NCBI GenBank assembly: GCA_041496385.1
Contig: JBGQEL010000010.1
Coordinates: forward strand, 7,387-71,386
Reading direction: 5' to 3'
DNA from: Candidatus Methylomirabilia bacterium
GTDB taxonomy: Bacteria > Methylomirabilota > Methylomirabilia > Rokubacteriales > CSP1-6
Length of the DNA: 64,000 bases
This document shows, piece after piece, positions 17,353 through 27,320 of the stretch. Within the stretch, counting starts at the first letter, position 1; every line of letters starts with the position of its first letter. The position numbers and the translations under genes are program-made. Below the pieces are notes generated by a model. It was not told the DNA's origin. It worked only from the letters and a program-made list of their open reading frames with translations, and did no database searches.

Positions 17353-18620
17353 GACCCGCGCCTCAGGCCGAAGAGCTCGTGGACGAGCTCCAGCCACGAC
17401 CGGTGGGCGCCGGCGCGCGAGGACTCGCGGAGCTTCGAGATCGGCGCGTGCAGGATCTTGTTGACGATGGCCGAGGAGAGGGCGTCGATCGCCTGGCGCG
17501 TCTCCATAGACGCATCGGGGAGCCGCGCCAGCGTCTTCCGGACCTCGCCCGCGCGGATCTCCTCGAGCCGTTCGCGCAGCGACACGATCGTCGGAATCAC
17601 CTCGACGTCGCGCAACCGGAGGAGGAACTTCGCCGTCTCGCGCTCGACGAGCCCCTCGGCCCGCTGCGCCTCGCGCAGGCGCTCGCGGATGTTCGCATCC
17701 ACGACCTGCTTGAGGTCGTCGATGTCGTAGCGGTAGACGTCCCCCAGGCCGTCCACACCCTCCTCGACGTCGCGCGGGACCGCGATGTCGATGAAGAAGA
17801 GCGGCCGCGCGCGCCGGCCGTGCGTCACGCGCTGGACGGCCGCGCGCGTGATCACGGGTTCGGGCGCCCCGGTGGACGTGATGACGATGTCCACGCCGCC
17901 GAGCGCGGTCTCGAGCTCGTCCCACGGCACCGCGGTGCCGGACAGGGCGCGCGCCATCTCCTGCGCACGGGCCCAGGTGCGGTTGACGACGTAGACGGGG
18001 AACGCGCCCTGCTCGACGAGGTGGCGCGCCGCGAGCTCGCCCATCTTGCCCGCGCCGACCAGCAGCACGGCCTTGCCCGCGAGCCCGGCGAAGATCTTCT
18101 TCGCGAGCTCGACGGCGGCGAACGACACCGACACCGCGTGCCGGGCGATCTCGGTCTCGGTGCGCACCTTCTTCGCGACGGCGAAGGCCTGGGTGAACAG
18201 CGTGTGGAGGCTCGGGCCGATCGTCTCGCAGGCCTGCGCGAGGGCGAACGCATCCTTCACCTGCCCCAGGATCTGCGGCTCGCCGATCATCATCGAGTCG
18301 AGGCTCGCCGTGACGCGGAAGGCATGGCGGATGGCCTCCGTCTCGACGTGCGTGTAGAGCAGCGGCTCGACGAGGCCCAGGCTCACGCCGCGGTGCTGGC
18401 AGAGGTGGCGGAACGCCGCGGTCCGCGCCTCGCCCGGGACCGGCGCGACGCCGTACACCTCGACGCGGTTGCACGTGGAGAGGATGAGCGCCTCGCCGAC
18501 GGCGCCGGTGGCGGCGACGTCGCGCAGGAGCTCGCGCAGCTTGTCCTCGTCCACCGCGAGCCGCTCGCGCAGCTCGATCGGCGCGTTCTTGTGCGAGAGG
18601 CCCGCGACGAAGAGCGGCAT
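17349..18620 (-). CDS. hemA: Glutamyl-tRNA reductase
   Basis: GLSHKNAPIELRE, LSTCNRVEVY, SLDSMMIGEPQILGQVK, GAGKMG and DIAVPRD. Confidence 0.96.
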   Translation of the reverse strand: MPLFVAGLSHKNAPIELRERLAVDEDKLRELLRDVAATGAVGEALILSTCNRVEVYGVAPVPGEARTAAFRHLCQHRGVSLGLVEPLLYTHVETEAIRHAFRVTASLDSMMIGEPQILGQVKDAFALAQACETIGPSLHTLFTQAFAVAKKVRTETEIARHAVSVSFAAVELAKKIFAGLAGKAVLLVGAGKMGELAARHLVEQGAFPVYVVNRTWARAQEMARALSGTAVPWDELETALGGVDIVITSTGAPEPVITRAAVQRVTHGRRARPLFFIDIAVPRDVEEGVDGLGDVYRYDIDDLKQVVDANIRERLREAQRAEGLVERETAKFLLRLRDVEVIPTIVSLRERLEEIRAGEVRKTLARLPDASMETRQAIDALSSAIVNKILHAPISKLRESSRAGAHRSWLELVHELFGLRRGS

Positions 18621-19426
18621 CAGCCGCCGTGCCTCCCCGGGAGGAACAGCCCGGCCCCCAGCGTGAGCAGGAGCGCGGCGAACCCGGCGATCGCGCAGTA
18701 GGCGGCCCGGCGCCCACGCCAGCCCGCGGCCGCGCGGCCCGCGAGGGTCGCCGCGTAAATCGCCCAGGCGACGAACGAGAGCACCGCGAGCGGGTCGAAG
18801 GTGAAGACGCTTCCCCAGGCGCGACCGGCCCAGAGGAGGCCGAGCAGGATGCCCGTCGTCAGGAACGGGAAGCCCAGCGCGAGCGTGCGGTAGGTCAGCC
18901 GGTCGAGCGTTTCGAGCGCCGGCAACCGGTAGTACAGGTTGCCCGGGCGCTTGGCGCGGACCTGGCGCTCCTGCAGGAGATACATCACGGCGCCGGCGAA
19001 GTTGAGGACGAACGCCGCGATGCCGACGAGCGCCAGGCCGATGTGCACCCAGAGCCACGCGCCCGAGAGCGCGGGCTCGAGGCCGGGCAGCACGCGCGAG
19101 CTCGCCGACTTCACGCTGAACATGAGGACGACGGGCAGCACGAAGGCGCCGAGCACCTTGACGCCGTACTGCCGCTCGGCCCAGAGCGCCAGCAGCACGA
19201 TCACCCAGACCGCGACGGACACGGCTTCCGGCAGGGTCCCGAGCGGGGGACGGCCGAGCTCGAGGCCGCGCGCCAGTAGCGCGATCGTGTGCAGGACCCA
19301 GCCCGCGACGGTAGCGAGCGAGGCGACGCGGTGGATCCACTCCTCGCGCTGGACGAGGTACGCGAGCGACAGACCCGTCGCCACGACGTACGCGATGATC
19401 GCGAGGTTCAAGAGAGTCGGGTGCAT
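18620..19426 (-). CDS. Cytochrome c assembly (CcsA/HemX-like) membrane protein
   Basis: Multi-TM with conserved His residues (HTIAL, WVHIG) and GLLWAGRAWG...DP tryptophan-rich motif; directly upstream of hemA. Confidence 0.85.
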   Translation of the reverse strand: MHPTLLNLAIIAYVVATGLSLAYLVQREEWIHRVASLATVAGWVLHTIALLARGLELGRPPLGTLPEAVSVAVWVIVLLALWAERQYGVKVLGAFVLPVVLMFSVKSASSRVLPGLEPALSGAWLWVHIGLALVGIAAFVLNFAGAVMYLLQERQVRAKRPGNLYYRLPALETLDRLTYRTLALGFPFLTTGILLGLLWAGRAWGSVFTFDPLAVLSFVAWAIYAATLAGRAAAGWRGRRAAYCAIAGFAALLLTLGAGLFLPGRHGG

Positions 19427-19498
19427 GGCGAAGAAAAAGTTAAGTTCAGCGAGAGTTTACCACATTCCCGATGAGGATTACCCCGGCCGACGCCGGGC

Positions 19499-20353
19499 TC
19501 AGGCGAGCATGAGGAGCGTCGGAAGAGGACGCCAGTAGCCCGCGCGTCGCGCGATCAGGTCGAGGTGTGGAGAGCCCCAGTCCTCGACGAGCGCTGACTG
19601 GGCGTTCCAGCGCACCCGCCGGTCGAGCTCCTTGAGGTAGCCCTGACACTCCCGGCACGCGTGGATCACGTAGCCCTGGTCGCGTTCCTCGGCCTCGAGC
19701 CGGACGAGGTCCTGGCTCCGCTCGTTGCCGCAGAACGGGCAGCGGACGCGCTCGAAAGTCCAGCCGCCGCCGCAGAGGTGGCAGGCCAGACGCCGATGAC
19801 CGGTCTCGAGCACGTCCGAGAAGCCCGCCGGCCCTCCGCAGAACGGGCACACGCCGAGTTTCCACACGTGCTCGTCGAGGTGCGCCCGGCAGCCGGCGAA
19901 GTAGTGCTCCAGGGGTGGCCGCAGGCATCCGGAGGCGAGGAACGCGACGATCTCCGCCGGCAGGCCCGAAGCCTCCTCGATCGCCGTCGAGCCCATACGG
20001 CCGCGCGCGGGGAAGAGCCCCGCGGGCACGATGACACCGCGGTCCCACGCCTCGGCGAACTCCCGGAGCTGTCGGGCCGCGGTCTCCCTGACCTCGGCGA
20101 CGCGCTCCATCACGACGGCCAGCAGGTCTTCGAGCTCGTCGGCTGGAATCGAGGGCGGCGCCTCGGCGAGCAGGGGGACACCGCGTTCCCACCGCCGGCG
20201 GCACTCGTCAGGGCCCCAGGACAGGGGCGTCAGATGCGCGGGGGACCACTGTCCCCACGCGTCGAGGATGTCCTCGTAGACGGCGAGGGCGCCCCGGAAT
20301 TCGGGGCGCCGGGACAGGAGGTCCGCCCACTCCTCCTTGAGACTCGCGATCAG
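19499..20353 (-). CDS. fdhE: Formate dehydrogenase maturation protein FdhE
   Basis: CPFCGG, CHLC...W...RVRCPFCG and CRECQGYLKELD motifs. The frame stays open upstream of the track start (20113) to a CTG at 20353 overlapping the upstream TGA. Confidence 0.85.
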   Translation of the reverse strand: MIASLKEEWADLLSRRPEFRGALAVYEDILDAWGQWSPAHLTPLSWGPDECRRRWERGVPLLAEAPPSIPADELEDLLAVVMERVAEVRETAARQLREFAEAWDRGVIVPAGLFPARGRMGSTAIEEASGLPAEIVAFLASGCLRPPLEHYFAGCRAHLDEHVWKLGVCPFCGGPAGFSDVLETGHRRLACHLCGGGWTFERVRCPFCGNERSQDLVRLEAEERDQGYVIHACRECQGYLKELDRRVRWNAQSALVEDWGSPHLDLIARRAGYWRPLPTLLMLA

Positions 20354-21174
20354 GACTGGATGGACATCAGCACCACGTAACGGAGCACGAAGCCGCCCGC
20401 GAGCACGAGGACCGCGGACAGCGCCGCCAGGGTCTTGACGCGGTGACCGACGAAGTCGAGCAACAACGGAACGACCAGGCCGACACCGACCAGGCCGCCC
20501 CAGAAGAGCGGGGCAAAGTGACCGCTCGTGAGCGGCTGCGCGGCCGAGCCGAGGAGTCCGAGAAAGATCGCGAGCACGACCAGCTCGAAGATCATCGAGT
20601 AGCGGTCGGCCTTCTTCACCTTGCCCCAGCCCTCACCCGCCGAGGCCCCGGTGAGGAACATGATGAGCGAGATCGCGGCCATGCCCGTCGAGGCTCCCGA
20701 CGCGAGGAAGAGCGCGCCCATGAGACGCGCCTCGCTCCAGAACGGCTGGGCGCTGCTCGAGAGCAGGACGCCCGTGTAACTCGCGAGGAAGAAGCCGAAG
20801 AAGATGCCGACGAGTCCTAGTTTCCGCCGCAGCGCGGCCGCCGTCTCCGACGCCGAGAAGCTCAGCACCGACGAGGCGAACGAGAAGGCCCCGAAGACGC
20901 CGACAGCCCAGGCGCCGATGGACATCGGGTCCCAGAACTTGAAGACCCTGAGCATGTTGAGGAAGCGCGTGGGCACCCCGAGGTCGGCGATCAGCAATAT
21001 GCCGCAGGCCATGACGAGCGGCAGTGACAGCAGGTAGCCGACCTTGGCGACGGCGCGGTCGCGCGGGCCGCCGAAGTTGTCCGCGATCGCCGCCGTGAAG
21101 TACGCCCCCCCGGCGATGCCGCCCAGAAAGAAGTACCAGACGATCATCATCTCCCAGCCGGGTGTCTTAAGCAC
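20350..21174 (-). CDS. NrfD/PsrC-family membrane anchor of the FDH complex
   Basis: WYFFLGGIAGG, DLGVPTRF, PMSIGAW, SYTGVLL...PFW, FLASGASTG and GGFVLRY; about 8 TM helices. Confidence 0.88.
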   Translation of the reverse strand: MLKTPGWEMMIVWYFFLGGIAGGAYFTAAIADNFGGPRDRAVAKVGYLLSLPLVMACGILLIADLGVPTRFLNMLRVFKFWDPMSIGAWAVGVFGAFSFASSVLSFSASETAAALRRKLGLVGIFFGFFLASYTGVLLSSSAQPFWSEARLMGALFLASGASTGMAAISLIMFLTGASAGEGWGKVKKADRYSMIFELVVLAIFLGLLGSAAQPLTSGHFAPLFWGGLVGVGLVVPLLLDFVGHRVKTLAALSAVLVLAGGFVLRYVVLMSIQS

Positions 21175-21946
21175 CGTCGTCGCCCCCCTTGCCCCGATCG
21201 CGGAACGCGAGGAGCGCCCCCAGCCCGACGATCAGCGCCGAGCCGATCGACAGGAGCGAGTCGACCACGACGTTGCGCTGCGGGAGCTTCGGATTCTCAG
21301 GCAGGTTGTAGGTCGACGGCTTGGAGAGCAGCAGGAAGAAGGCGTTCAGCCCGCCGAGGAAGCCCTTGGTGTCGGCGCCGTAGAGCTGCGCCTCCTTGAA
21401 TCCCATGGCCTTCAGCTTCTCGACGCGCTTCTGCGCCTTCGCCACCAGGTCGTCGCGGAAGCCGAACTGGATCGACTCGGTCGGGCACGCCTTGGCGCAG
21501 GCCGGCCCGAGCCCGTTGTGGATGCGGTCGTTGCAGAAGGTGCACTTCTTCGCGGTGCCGGTGGCCTCGTTGAACGCGACGACGCCGAACGGACAGGAGG
21601 AGACGCAGTAACGACAGCCGTTGCAGACGTCCTGGTTGATGTTGACCGTGCCGAATTCGGTCCGGTAGATGGCGCCGGTCGGGCACGCCTCGAGACAGCC
21701 CGCGTCCGCGCAGTGCTTGCAGACGTCGGACATCAGCAGCCACGCCATGTCCCCGGTCGGCTTCGGCTCCTCGATGAAGCGCACGAGCCGGAAGGTCTGA
21801 TCCGTGAAGTGCGCGTGGTTCTGATAGGTACCGGTCCACTCCGGCACCTCCATGCCGAGCTCGTTCCACTGCTTGCACGCCACCTGGCACGCGCGACAGC
21901 CGATGCAGAGGGAGGTGTCCGTGAACATCGCCAGCGTGCGGGCCAT
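21167..21946 (-). CDS. fdnH: Formate dehydrogenase Fe-S (beta) subunit
   Basis: CIGCRACQVACKQWN, CKHCADAGCLEACP, CNGCRYCVSSCP and CTFC...CAKACP; C-terminal TM helix. Confidence 0.92.
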   Translation of the reverse strand: MARTLAMFTDTSLCIGCRACQVACKQWNELGMEVPEWTGTYQNHAHFTDQTFRLVRFIEEPKPTGDMAWLLMSDVCKHCADAGCLEACPTGAIYRTEFGTVNINQDVCNGCRYCVSSCPFGVVAFNEATGTAKKCTFCNDRIHNGLGPACAKACPTESIQFGFRDDLVAKAQKRVEKLKAMGFKEAQLYGADTKGFLGGLNAFFLLLSKPSTYNLPENPKLPQRNVVVDSLLSIGSALIVGLGALLAFRDRGKGGDDGA

Positions 21947-21948
21947 GG

Positions 21949-24900
21949 CTACACCACCCCCTTCTTCACGCTACAGACGAAGGCTTTCGTCTCTTGGATG
22001 TAGACGTTGGGGTCACCCACCGTGGCCGAGAGATCGTTGGTGATGTCGCCCTTGCTGCCAGGCAACCCCTCGATGCCCTTGTAGCCCCAGTGCCATGGCA
22101 CGCCGATCTGGTGGATCTTCTTGCCGTCGATGGTGAACGGCTTGAGCCGGTTCGTCACCATCGCCTTGACGTGGATCTTGCCCCGCGGCGTCGCGACCGT
22201 GACCATGTCGCCGTTCTGGAGACCGAGCTCGCCGGCCAGCTCGTGGCTGATCTCGGCGAAGTGCGACTCGAACAGCTCGGCCAGCATGGGCAGGTAGCGC
22301 GACATGACCCCGGAGAGGTGGTGCTCGGTGAGCCGGTAGGTCGTGATGACGTACGGATAGTCGGGCGAGCCCACCGGCGCGAGGTCGTTCTTCTGATCCG
22401 GCACCTGCCAGATCTTGGCCACCGGGTTGTTCTGTCGCTTCGACAGCAGATTCTTCACCGGCGACTCGATCGGCTCGTAGTGCTCGGGGAACGGCCCGTC
22501 GTTGAGGGGTCCGAAGAAGCCGCCGACGAGGTCGGTCCGCATGATGAACGGCTTGTCGCCGTTCTTGGCGTCGGGCGCCAGGAAGGCGTTGAAGTCCGGG
22601 ACGTCGAGCCCCACCCACTTCCCTTTCTTGTCGGGCTCGTTGCCCGGTGCCTCCGGATCCCACCAGATGAGCTTCTTCCTTTCGCTCCAGGGCTTGCCCT
22701 GGAGGTCCGCCGAGGCACGGTTGTAGAGGATGCGCCGATTGGCCGGCCACGCGAAGCCCCAGCCGTGGCCGAGGTAGTCCTTGTCATCGGCCGGCTTGCG
22801 CGCGTTCGCGCGGTTCACGAGCTTGCCATCCGGCCCCTCGACCGTCACGCCGGTGTAGATCCAGCAGCCGCCGGCGGTCTTGCCGTCGTCGGTCATGTGC
22901 GCGAAGGTGTTGAGCGGCTGGTCTTTCTTGTAGACGACCTTGCCGTCCTTGTCTTTGATCTCCTCGGTCGCGAAGCCGTTGACCTCCTTCAGCACGAGCT
23001 GCATGTCGGGTTCTTTCGGGTTGTCGCCGTACTTGAAGCCGGCGGCGAGGAAGCCCTTGTCCCGCTCCTTCTTCGAGCCCGCGTAGAGCTTCTGGAGCCG
23101 CTGGGCCAGGCTGCAGAAGAACTCGGCGTCGGACGTCACGTCGCCGGGCGGCGTCACGGCCTTCTCGTGCCACTGGATCAGCCGCATCGTGTTCGTCAGC
23201 GATCCGTCCTTCTCCGCGGCCGGCGCCGCCGGCAGGAAGAAGATCTCGGTCTTGACGTCCTTTGGATTGACACCCGGGGCCTTCCAGATTTCGGCCGTCT
23301 CCGTGATGAAGATGTCCTTCACCACGAGCCAGTCGAGCCGCTGCATCGCGGCGCGGGCGAGCTTCGCGTTCGGGCCGCCGACCGCCGGGTTTTGCCCGTC
23401 GGCCAGGAAGCCCTTGATGACGCCGTTGTACATGTCCACGAACATGTGCTGGTGGCTGTAGGCGTCGGCCAAGGCGCGCTTCGGCAGCCACTGATAGCCG
23501 AACTCGTTGTCCTTGGTGGCGGCGTCGCCGTAGAAGGCCTTCAGCAGGCTCACGAAGAACTTCGGCTTGTTCGTCCAGAAGCCGCCCTTGGGCGTCTCCT
23601 TCTCGAGATACGTCTTGAGGTCCGGATGGGCGTCACGCAGCGGCTGGGCCATGTACCCCGGCAGCTCGTGGTAGAGCAGCTCGAGGTCCGTGGCGCCCTG
23701 CACGTTGGCGTGGCCGCGGAGCGCGACGACGCCGCCGCCCGGGCGGCCGACGTTGCCGAGCAGGAGCTGGAGCATGCAGAGGGCGCGGATATTCTCCACG
23801 CCGTTCGTGTGCTGCGTGAGGTTGAGGGCGTAAGTGATCGACCCGGTCTTCTCCGGACCGGAGTTGCTGCAGTAGAGCTGCGCGACCTCCTCGAACTTGG
23901 CCTTCGGGATGCCGCAGATACGCTCCACCATCTCGGGCGTGTAGCGGCTGTACTGGCGGCGCAGGAGCTGGAAGACGCTGTTCGGGTCCCGCAGCGTCAG
24001 GTCACGCTTGGGATTCCCCTCGCCGTCGAGCTGATACTTCCAGGACCCCTTGTCGTAGGTCCGCTTGGCCTCGTCGAATCCGGTGAAGAGCCCACCCAGG
24101 TCGGTGGCGGTCTGGAATGCCGGGTCGATCAGGAACGAGGCGTTCGTGTAGGGGACGACATAGTCCCTGAAGTAGAGATTCTTCTGGATCGCGTAGTTGA
24201 TGAGCCCGCCGAAGAACGCGATGTTCGTCCCGGAGCGGATCGGGACGTGGATGTCGGCGGCGGCGCTCGTGCGCGTGAACCGCGGATCGACGTGGATGAA
24301 CTTGGCGCCGCGCTCCTTGGCCTTCATCACCCACTGGAAGCCGACGGGGTGGTTCTCGGCCATGTTGGACGTGGCCATGATCACATCCGAGTGCTGCATG
24401 TCGATGAGGTTCGTCGTCATCGCCCCGCGACCGAACGTGGTCCCCAAAGCTGGGACCGTGGCGGAGTGTCAGACTCGGGCCTGGTGCTCGTGGTAGACGA
24501 TGCCGAGCGTCCGGTTCAGCTTCGACAGGAGGTAACACTCCTCGTTGTCGATGCACGCCGAGCCGAGCGAGGCGATCGCCTCCAGGCGGTTCACGGTGAC
24601 CAGGTTGCCGTCCTTGTCCTTCTCCTTCTCGATGAAGTACTTCTCGCGCGCGTCGTAGTAGCGCTTGGCCACCTGCTCGTACATCCACTCCAGCGGCTTC
24701 TCTTCCCACGCGTCCGAGCCCGGCGCCCGGTAGAGAGCCTTCGTCGGCCGGAGCGGGTTGTTGGAGAGCTGGATCGTCGCGGCACCCTTCGGGCAGAGGC
24801 GTCCTTGCGTGTGCGGCGTGTCGGGATCGCCCTCGATGTCGATGATCCGATCGCCCTTGGCGTAGATGAGCTGTCCGCAGCCGACCGCGCAGTACGGACA

Positions 24901-25047
24901 GACACCGTGGAACGCTTTGGCCTCTTTGATCTTGAGCGAGGTGGCCGCGGCTTCCACCGGGGCGAGATCGACTCCCCTGCCGGTGACCGCGACGCCCGCC
25001 GCCGTCGCGCTTCCGAACTTTAGGAAATCACGTCGCGAAAGAGCCAT
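21949..25047 (-). CDS. fdnG: Selenocysteine-containing formate dehydrogenase alpha subunit (Tat-exported, Mo/W-bisPGD)
   Basis: Tat signal MALSRRDFLK, CPYCAVGC...LCPKG, and HQARV-U-HSATVPALGTTFGRGAM read through the in-frame TGA at 24471-24469; ALRGHANVQG; SD GAGGAGG upstream of ATG 25047. The ORF track splits it in two. Confidence 0.95.
24439..24457 (-). promoter_or_regulatory. Bacterial SECIS hairpin
   Basis: GGUCCC-AGCUUUG-GGGACC begins exactly 11 nt after the UGA, the spacing established for E. coli fdhF/fdnG SECIS elements. Confidence 0.88.
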
Positions 25048-25083
25048 GGACAACCTCCTCGCGGAGACTGGGAGTCGTCGGAT

Positions 25084-25356
25084 CTACCACTCGGGGCTCG
25101 TCAGCTCGTTCCAGGCGTGCCGCAGCACGACGATCCGCCGCGGTCCTGTCTGGTTGCCTTCGAGTCGAACGATGTCGCCGGGGCTCAGCGCGCCGAGGTC
25201 TGCGCTCGTCCCTTCATCGGAGACGACGAGCGTCGCGTCCGAGCAGGCCAGATCTGTGCACGTTTCCGACTCGCCCCTGACGCGCACATGCCCGGTAGAC
25301 TTGTCGACGGAGACGACCATCATTCGGGACTGCTGGAGGGATTCGGTGAAGCTCAT
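25084..25356 (-). CDS. Small hypothetical beta-rich protein, first gene of the fdh operon
   Basis: 90 aa, strong SD (AGGAGG), between a consensus promoter and fdnG. Confidence 0.75.
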   Translation of the reverse strand: MSFTESLQQSRMMVVSVDKSTGHVRVRGESETCTDLACSDATLVVSDEGTSADLGALSPGDIVRLEGNQTGPRRIVVLRHAWNELTSPEW

Positions 25357-25397
25357 CGCCCTTTCCTCCTCGTCGAGGCTGGCGCTAACTTGCCGGA

Positions 25398-25426
25398 ATG
25401 GTAGTGTCGTCAGACCACGCTGTCAA
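25398..25426 (-). promoter_or_regulatory. Sigma70 promoter of the fdh operon
   Basis: TTGACA (25426-25421), 17 nt, TACCAT (25403-25398). Confidence 0.75.
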
Positions 25427-25470
25427 GGAACAACGCGTGTAAAGTCGCGCCTGAGCGGGCGACGCGGAGC

Positions 25471-25764
25471 CTACTCGTTGCTCTCGGGCGGAGCGTACAG
25501 CGTCAGCCGCTCGTTGAGGAGGCGCCGGGCCTCTTCGAGCTCTCCGCCCTGTAGCAACTCCAGGATCCTTCGACGGGTTCCGAGGTCGACGATCGGCGCA
25601 TCGACGAGTGGATTGTAGAAGCGACCCAGCTCCAGAAGTATCCGATCTACCCTAACGATATCGGTAATATGAGCCTCGGCCTCTCGAAACAACTCGATGG
25701 CATGATCATCCCGCTTCCTGAACCTCAGGCCCCGTCGGTGCCGGCGCTCCTCGGCTTCTTCCAC
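25471..25764 (-). CDS. Hypothetical protein (97 aa)
   Basis: ORF fills the gap downstream of fdhD; protein-like helical composition; no family recognised. Confidence 0.6.
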   Translation of the reverse strand: MEEAEERRHRRGLRFRKRDDHAIELFREAEAHITDIVRVDRILLELGRFYNPLVDAPIVDLGTRRRILELLQGGELEEARRLLNERLTLYAPPESNE

Positions 25765-25778
25765 GATGAGTCCCGGCG

Positions 25779-26552
25779 TCAGACCTTCGGCGCCGCCGCT
25801 GTCTGGGTCAGACGCAGGCCGTCGCCGGCGTAGAGATTGAGGCTGTCGGGCCCGACGTACCCGCAGACCGTGAGGTTGAGCTGTTCGGCCAGGGCCACGG
25901 CCATCTCGGTGGGCGAGGTGCGTGAGGCCACCACCGGCACCCCCATGCGGGCCGCCTTCAGGAGCATCTCGGAGGAGATCCGGCCGGTCGAGAGCAGGAT
26001 GCGGTCCTCCGTCGGGATCCCGCGCAGCAGCGCCTCGCCCTTCACCTTGTCCACCGCGTTGTGACGACCCACGTCCTCGGCGACGACGAGCAGCCGCTCG
26101 CCGTCGCTCAGCGCGGCCCCGTGGATGCCCCGCGACTCACGGTAGTGGACGGCCGCCGCGAACAGTTCCTTCATCCGCGCCGAGACCGTCTCGGGATCGA
26201 CGCGGAGAGACGACGAGAGGCGCGGGAAGAGCCGGTGGTCGATGCGAAACGTGATCCCGCCGCCGCAGCCCGAGGTCAGGATGCGCTCGGTCGGAAGCGT
26301 GACGGGATGCGTGAGCGTCACGTCGGCGCGGCCGTCGACCGGGGACACGTCGACCCGCGCGATCTCGTCGAGGCCGCCGATCACCTTCTCCATCCAGAGG
26401 TAACCGACGACGAGCGCCTCGAGCTTCAGGGGTGAGCAGAGCAGCGTGAGGAACTTCTCGCCGTTGACGTACACGGTCAGCGGCTGCTCGCGGACGACCT
26501 CGCCGACGACCTCGTCGGTGCGACCGTGGCGGATCCGGAGATACGTGCGCAT
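25779..26552 (-). CDS. fdhD: Formate dehydrogenase sulfurtransferase FdhD
   Basis: EQPLTVYVNG, TSGCGGG, HGAAL, EDVGRHNAVDK and TGRISSEMLLKA. Confidence 0.93.
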   Translation of the reverse strand: MRTYLRIRHGRTDEVVGEVVREQPLTVYVNGEKFLTLLCSPLKLEALVVGYLWMEKVIGGLDEIARVDVSPVDGRADVTLTHPVTLPTERILTSGCGGGITFRIDHRLFPRLSSSLRVDPETVSARMKELFAAAVHYRESRGIHGAALSDGERLLVVAEDVGRHNAVDKVKGEALLRGIPTEDRILLSTGRISSEMLLKAARMGVPVVASRTSPTEMAVALAEQLNLTVCGYVGPDSLNLYAGDGLRLTQTAAAPKV

Positions 26553-26573
26553 CGGGCGGGCTCGTCGGCGATT

Positions 26574-27320
26574 CTAGCGCGGATAGACGACGCGGACCAG
26601 CGCGAGGCCTTGCGCGGGCGCCGTCGCGCCCGCCAGACGGCGGTCGCCCGAGGCGAGCACCTTCGCGAGCCACTCCGGATCGCGGGCACCGCGGCCGACG
26701 GCGACGGCGCTGCCGACGATGTTGCGCGCCATGTGGTGGAGAAAGCGGTCCGCGGAGAAGACCAGCGCGACGCGGTCGCCGCGACGGACGACGTGCACCG
26801 CCCGGATGCGGCAGAGGGGATTCTTCTGCCGTCCGGGCGCAGCGCAGAAAGCGCCGAAATCGTGGCGGCCGATCAGGTGGCCGAGCGCCCGCCGCATCGC
26901 CTGGAGATCGAGCCGCTCGGGCACGTGCCAGGCGTACCGGCGGAGCAGCGGGCTGGCCACGCGCCCAGTGTCCAGCAGATACGCGTAGCGTTTGCCGACG
27001 GCGGCGTGCCGGGCGTCGAAGCCGTCGGCGGCGGCGCGGGCCGAGAGGATCCGGATGTCGCGCGGCAGCCGCGCGTTGAGCGCGCCGGCAATGGCCTCCG
27101 GTGCCAGTCGTGCGGACGTCGTCAGCGACGCCGCCTGGCGAAGCGCGTGGACGCCCGCGTCGGTTCGCGAGGCGCCGACGACGCGCGCGTCGGCGTCGAG
27201 TGTCTGCGCCGCGCGGAGCAGCGTGCCCTGCACCGTCGCGCCCGCGGCCTGGACCTGCCAGCCGCGGTAGTCGGTGCCGTCGTAGGACAGCACGAGCAGG
27301 ACGGTGGAGACGGGCGCTAT
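26574..27320 (-). CDS. truA: tRNA pseudouridine(38-40) synthase TruA
   Basis: SYDGTDYRGWQVQ, GASRTDAGVHA, GRHDFGAF, FLHHMARNIVG and TAPAQGL. The start is uncertain; an ATA at 27320 overlapping the upstream TAG is tentative. Confidence 0.92.
   Translation of the reverse strand: MAPVSTVLLVLSYDGTDYRGWQVQAAGATVQGTLLRAAQTLDADARVVGASRTDAGVHALRQAASLTTSARLAPEAIAGALNARLPRDIRILSARAAADGFDARHAAVGKRYAYLLDTGRVASPLLRRYAWHVPERLDLQAMRRALGHLIGRHDFGAFCAAPGRQKNPLCRIRAVHVVRRGDRVALVFSADRFLHHMARNIVGSAVAVGRGARDPEWLAKVLASGDRRLAGATAPAQGLALVRVVYPR

Noticed and set aside
19427-19498. AT-rich tract upstream of ccsA as a Rex box
   Set aside because: It has a plausible extended -10 (TGgTAAACT) but no convincing palindrome.
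21949-25053. fdnG as a pseudogene or two separate genes
   Set aside because: The stop is an in-frame TGA at the conserved Sec position and has a correctly spaced SECIS.
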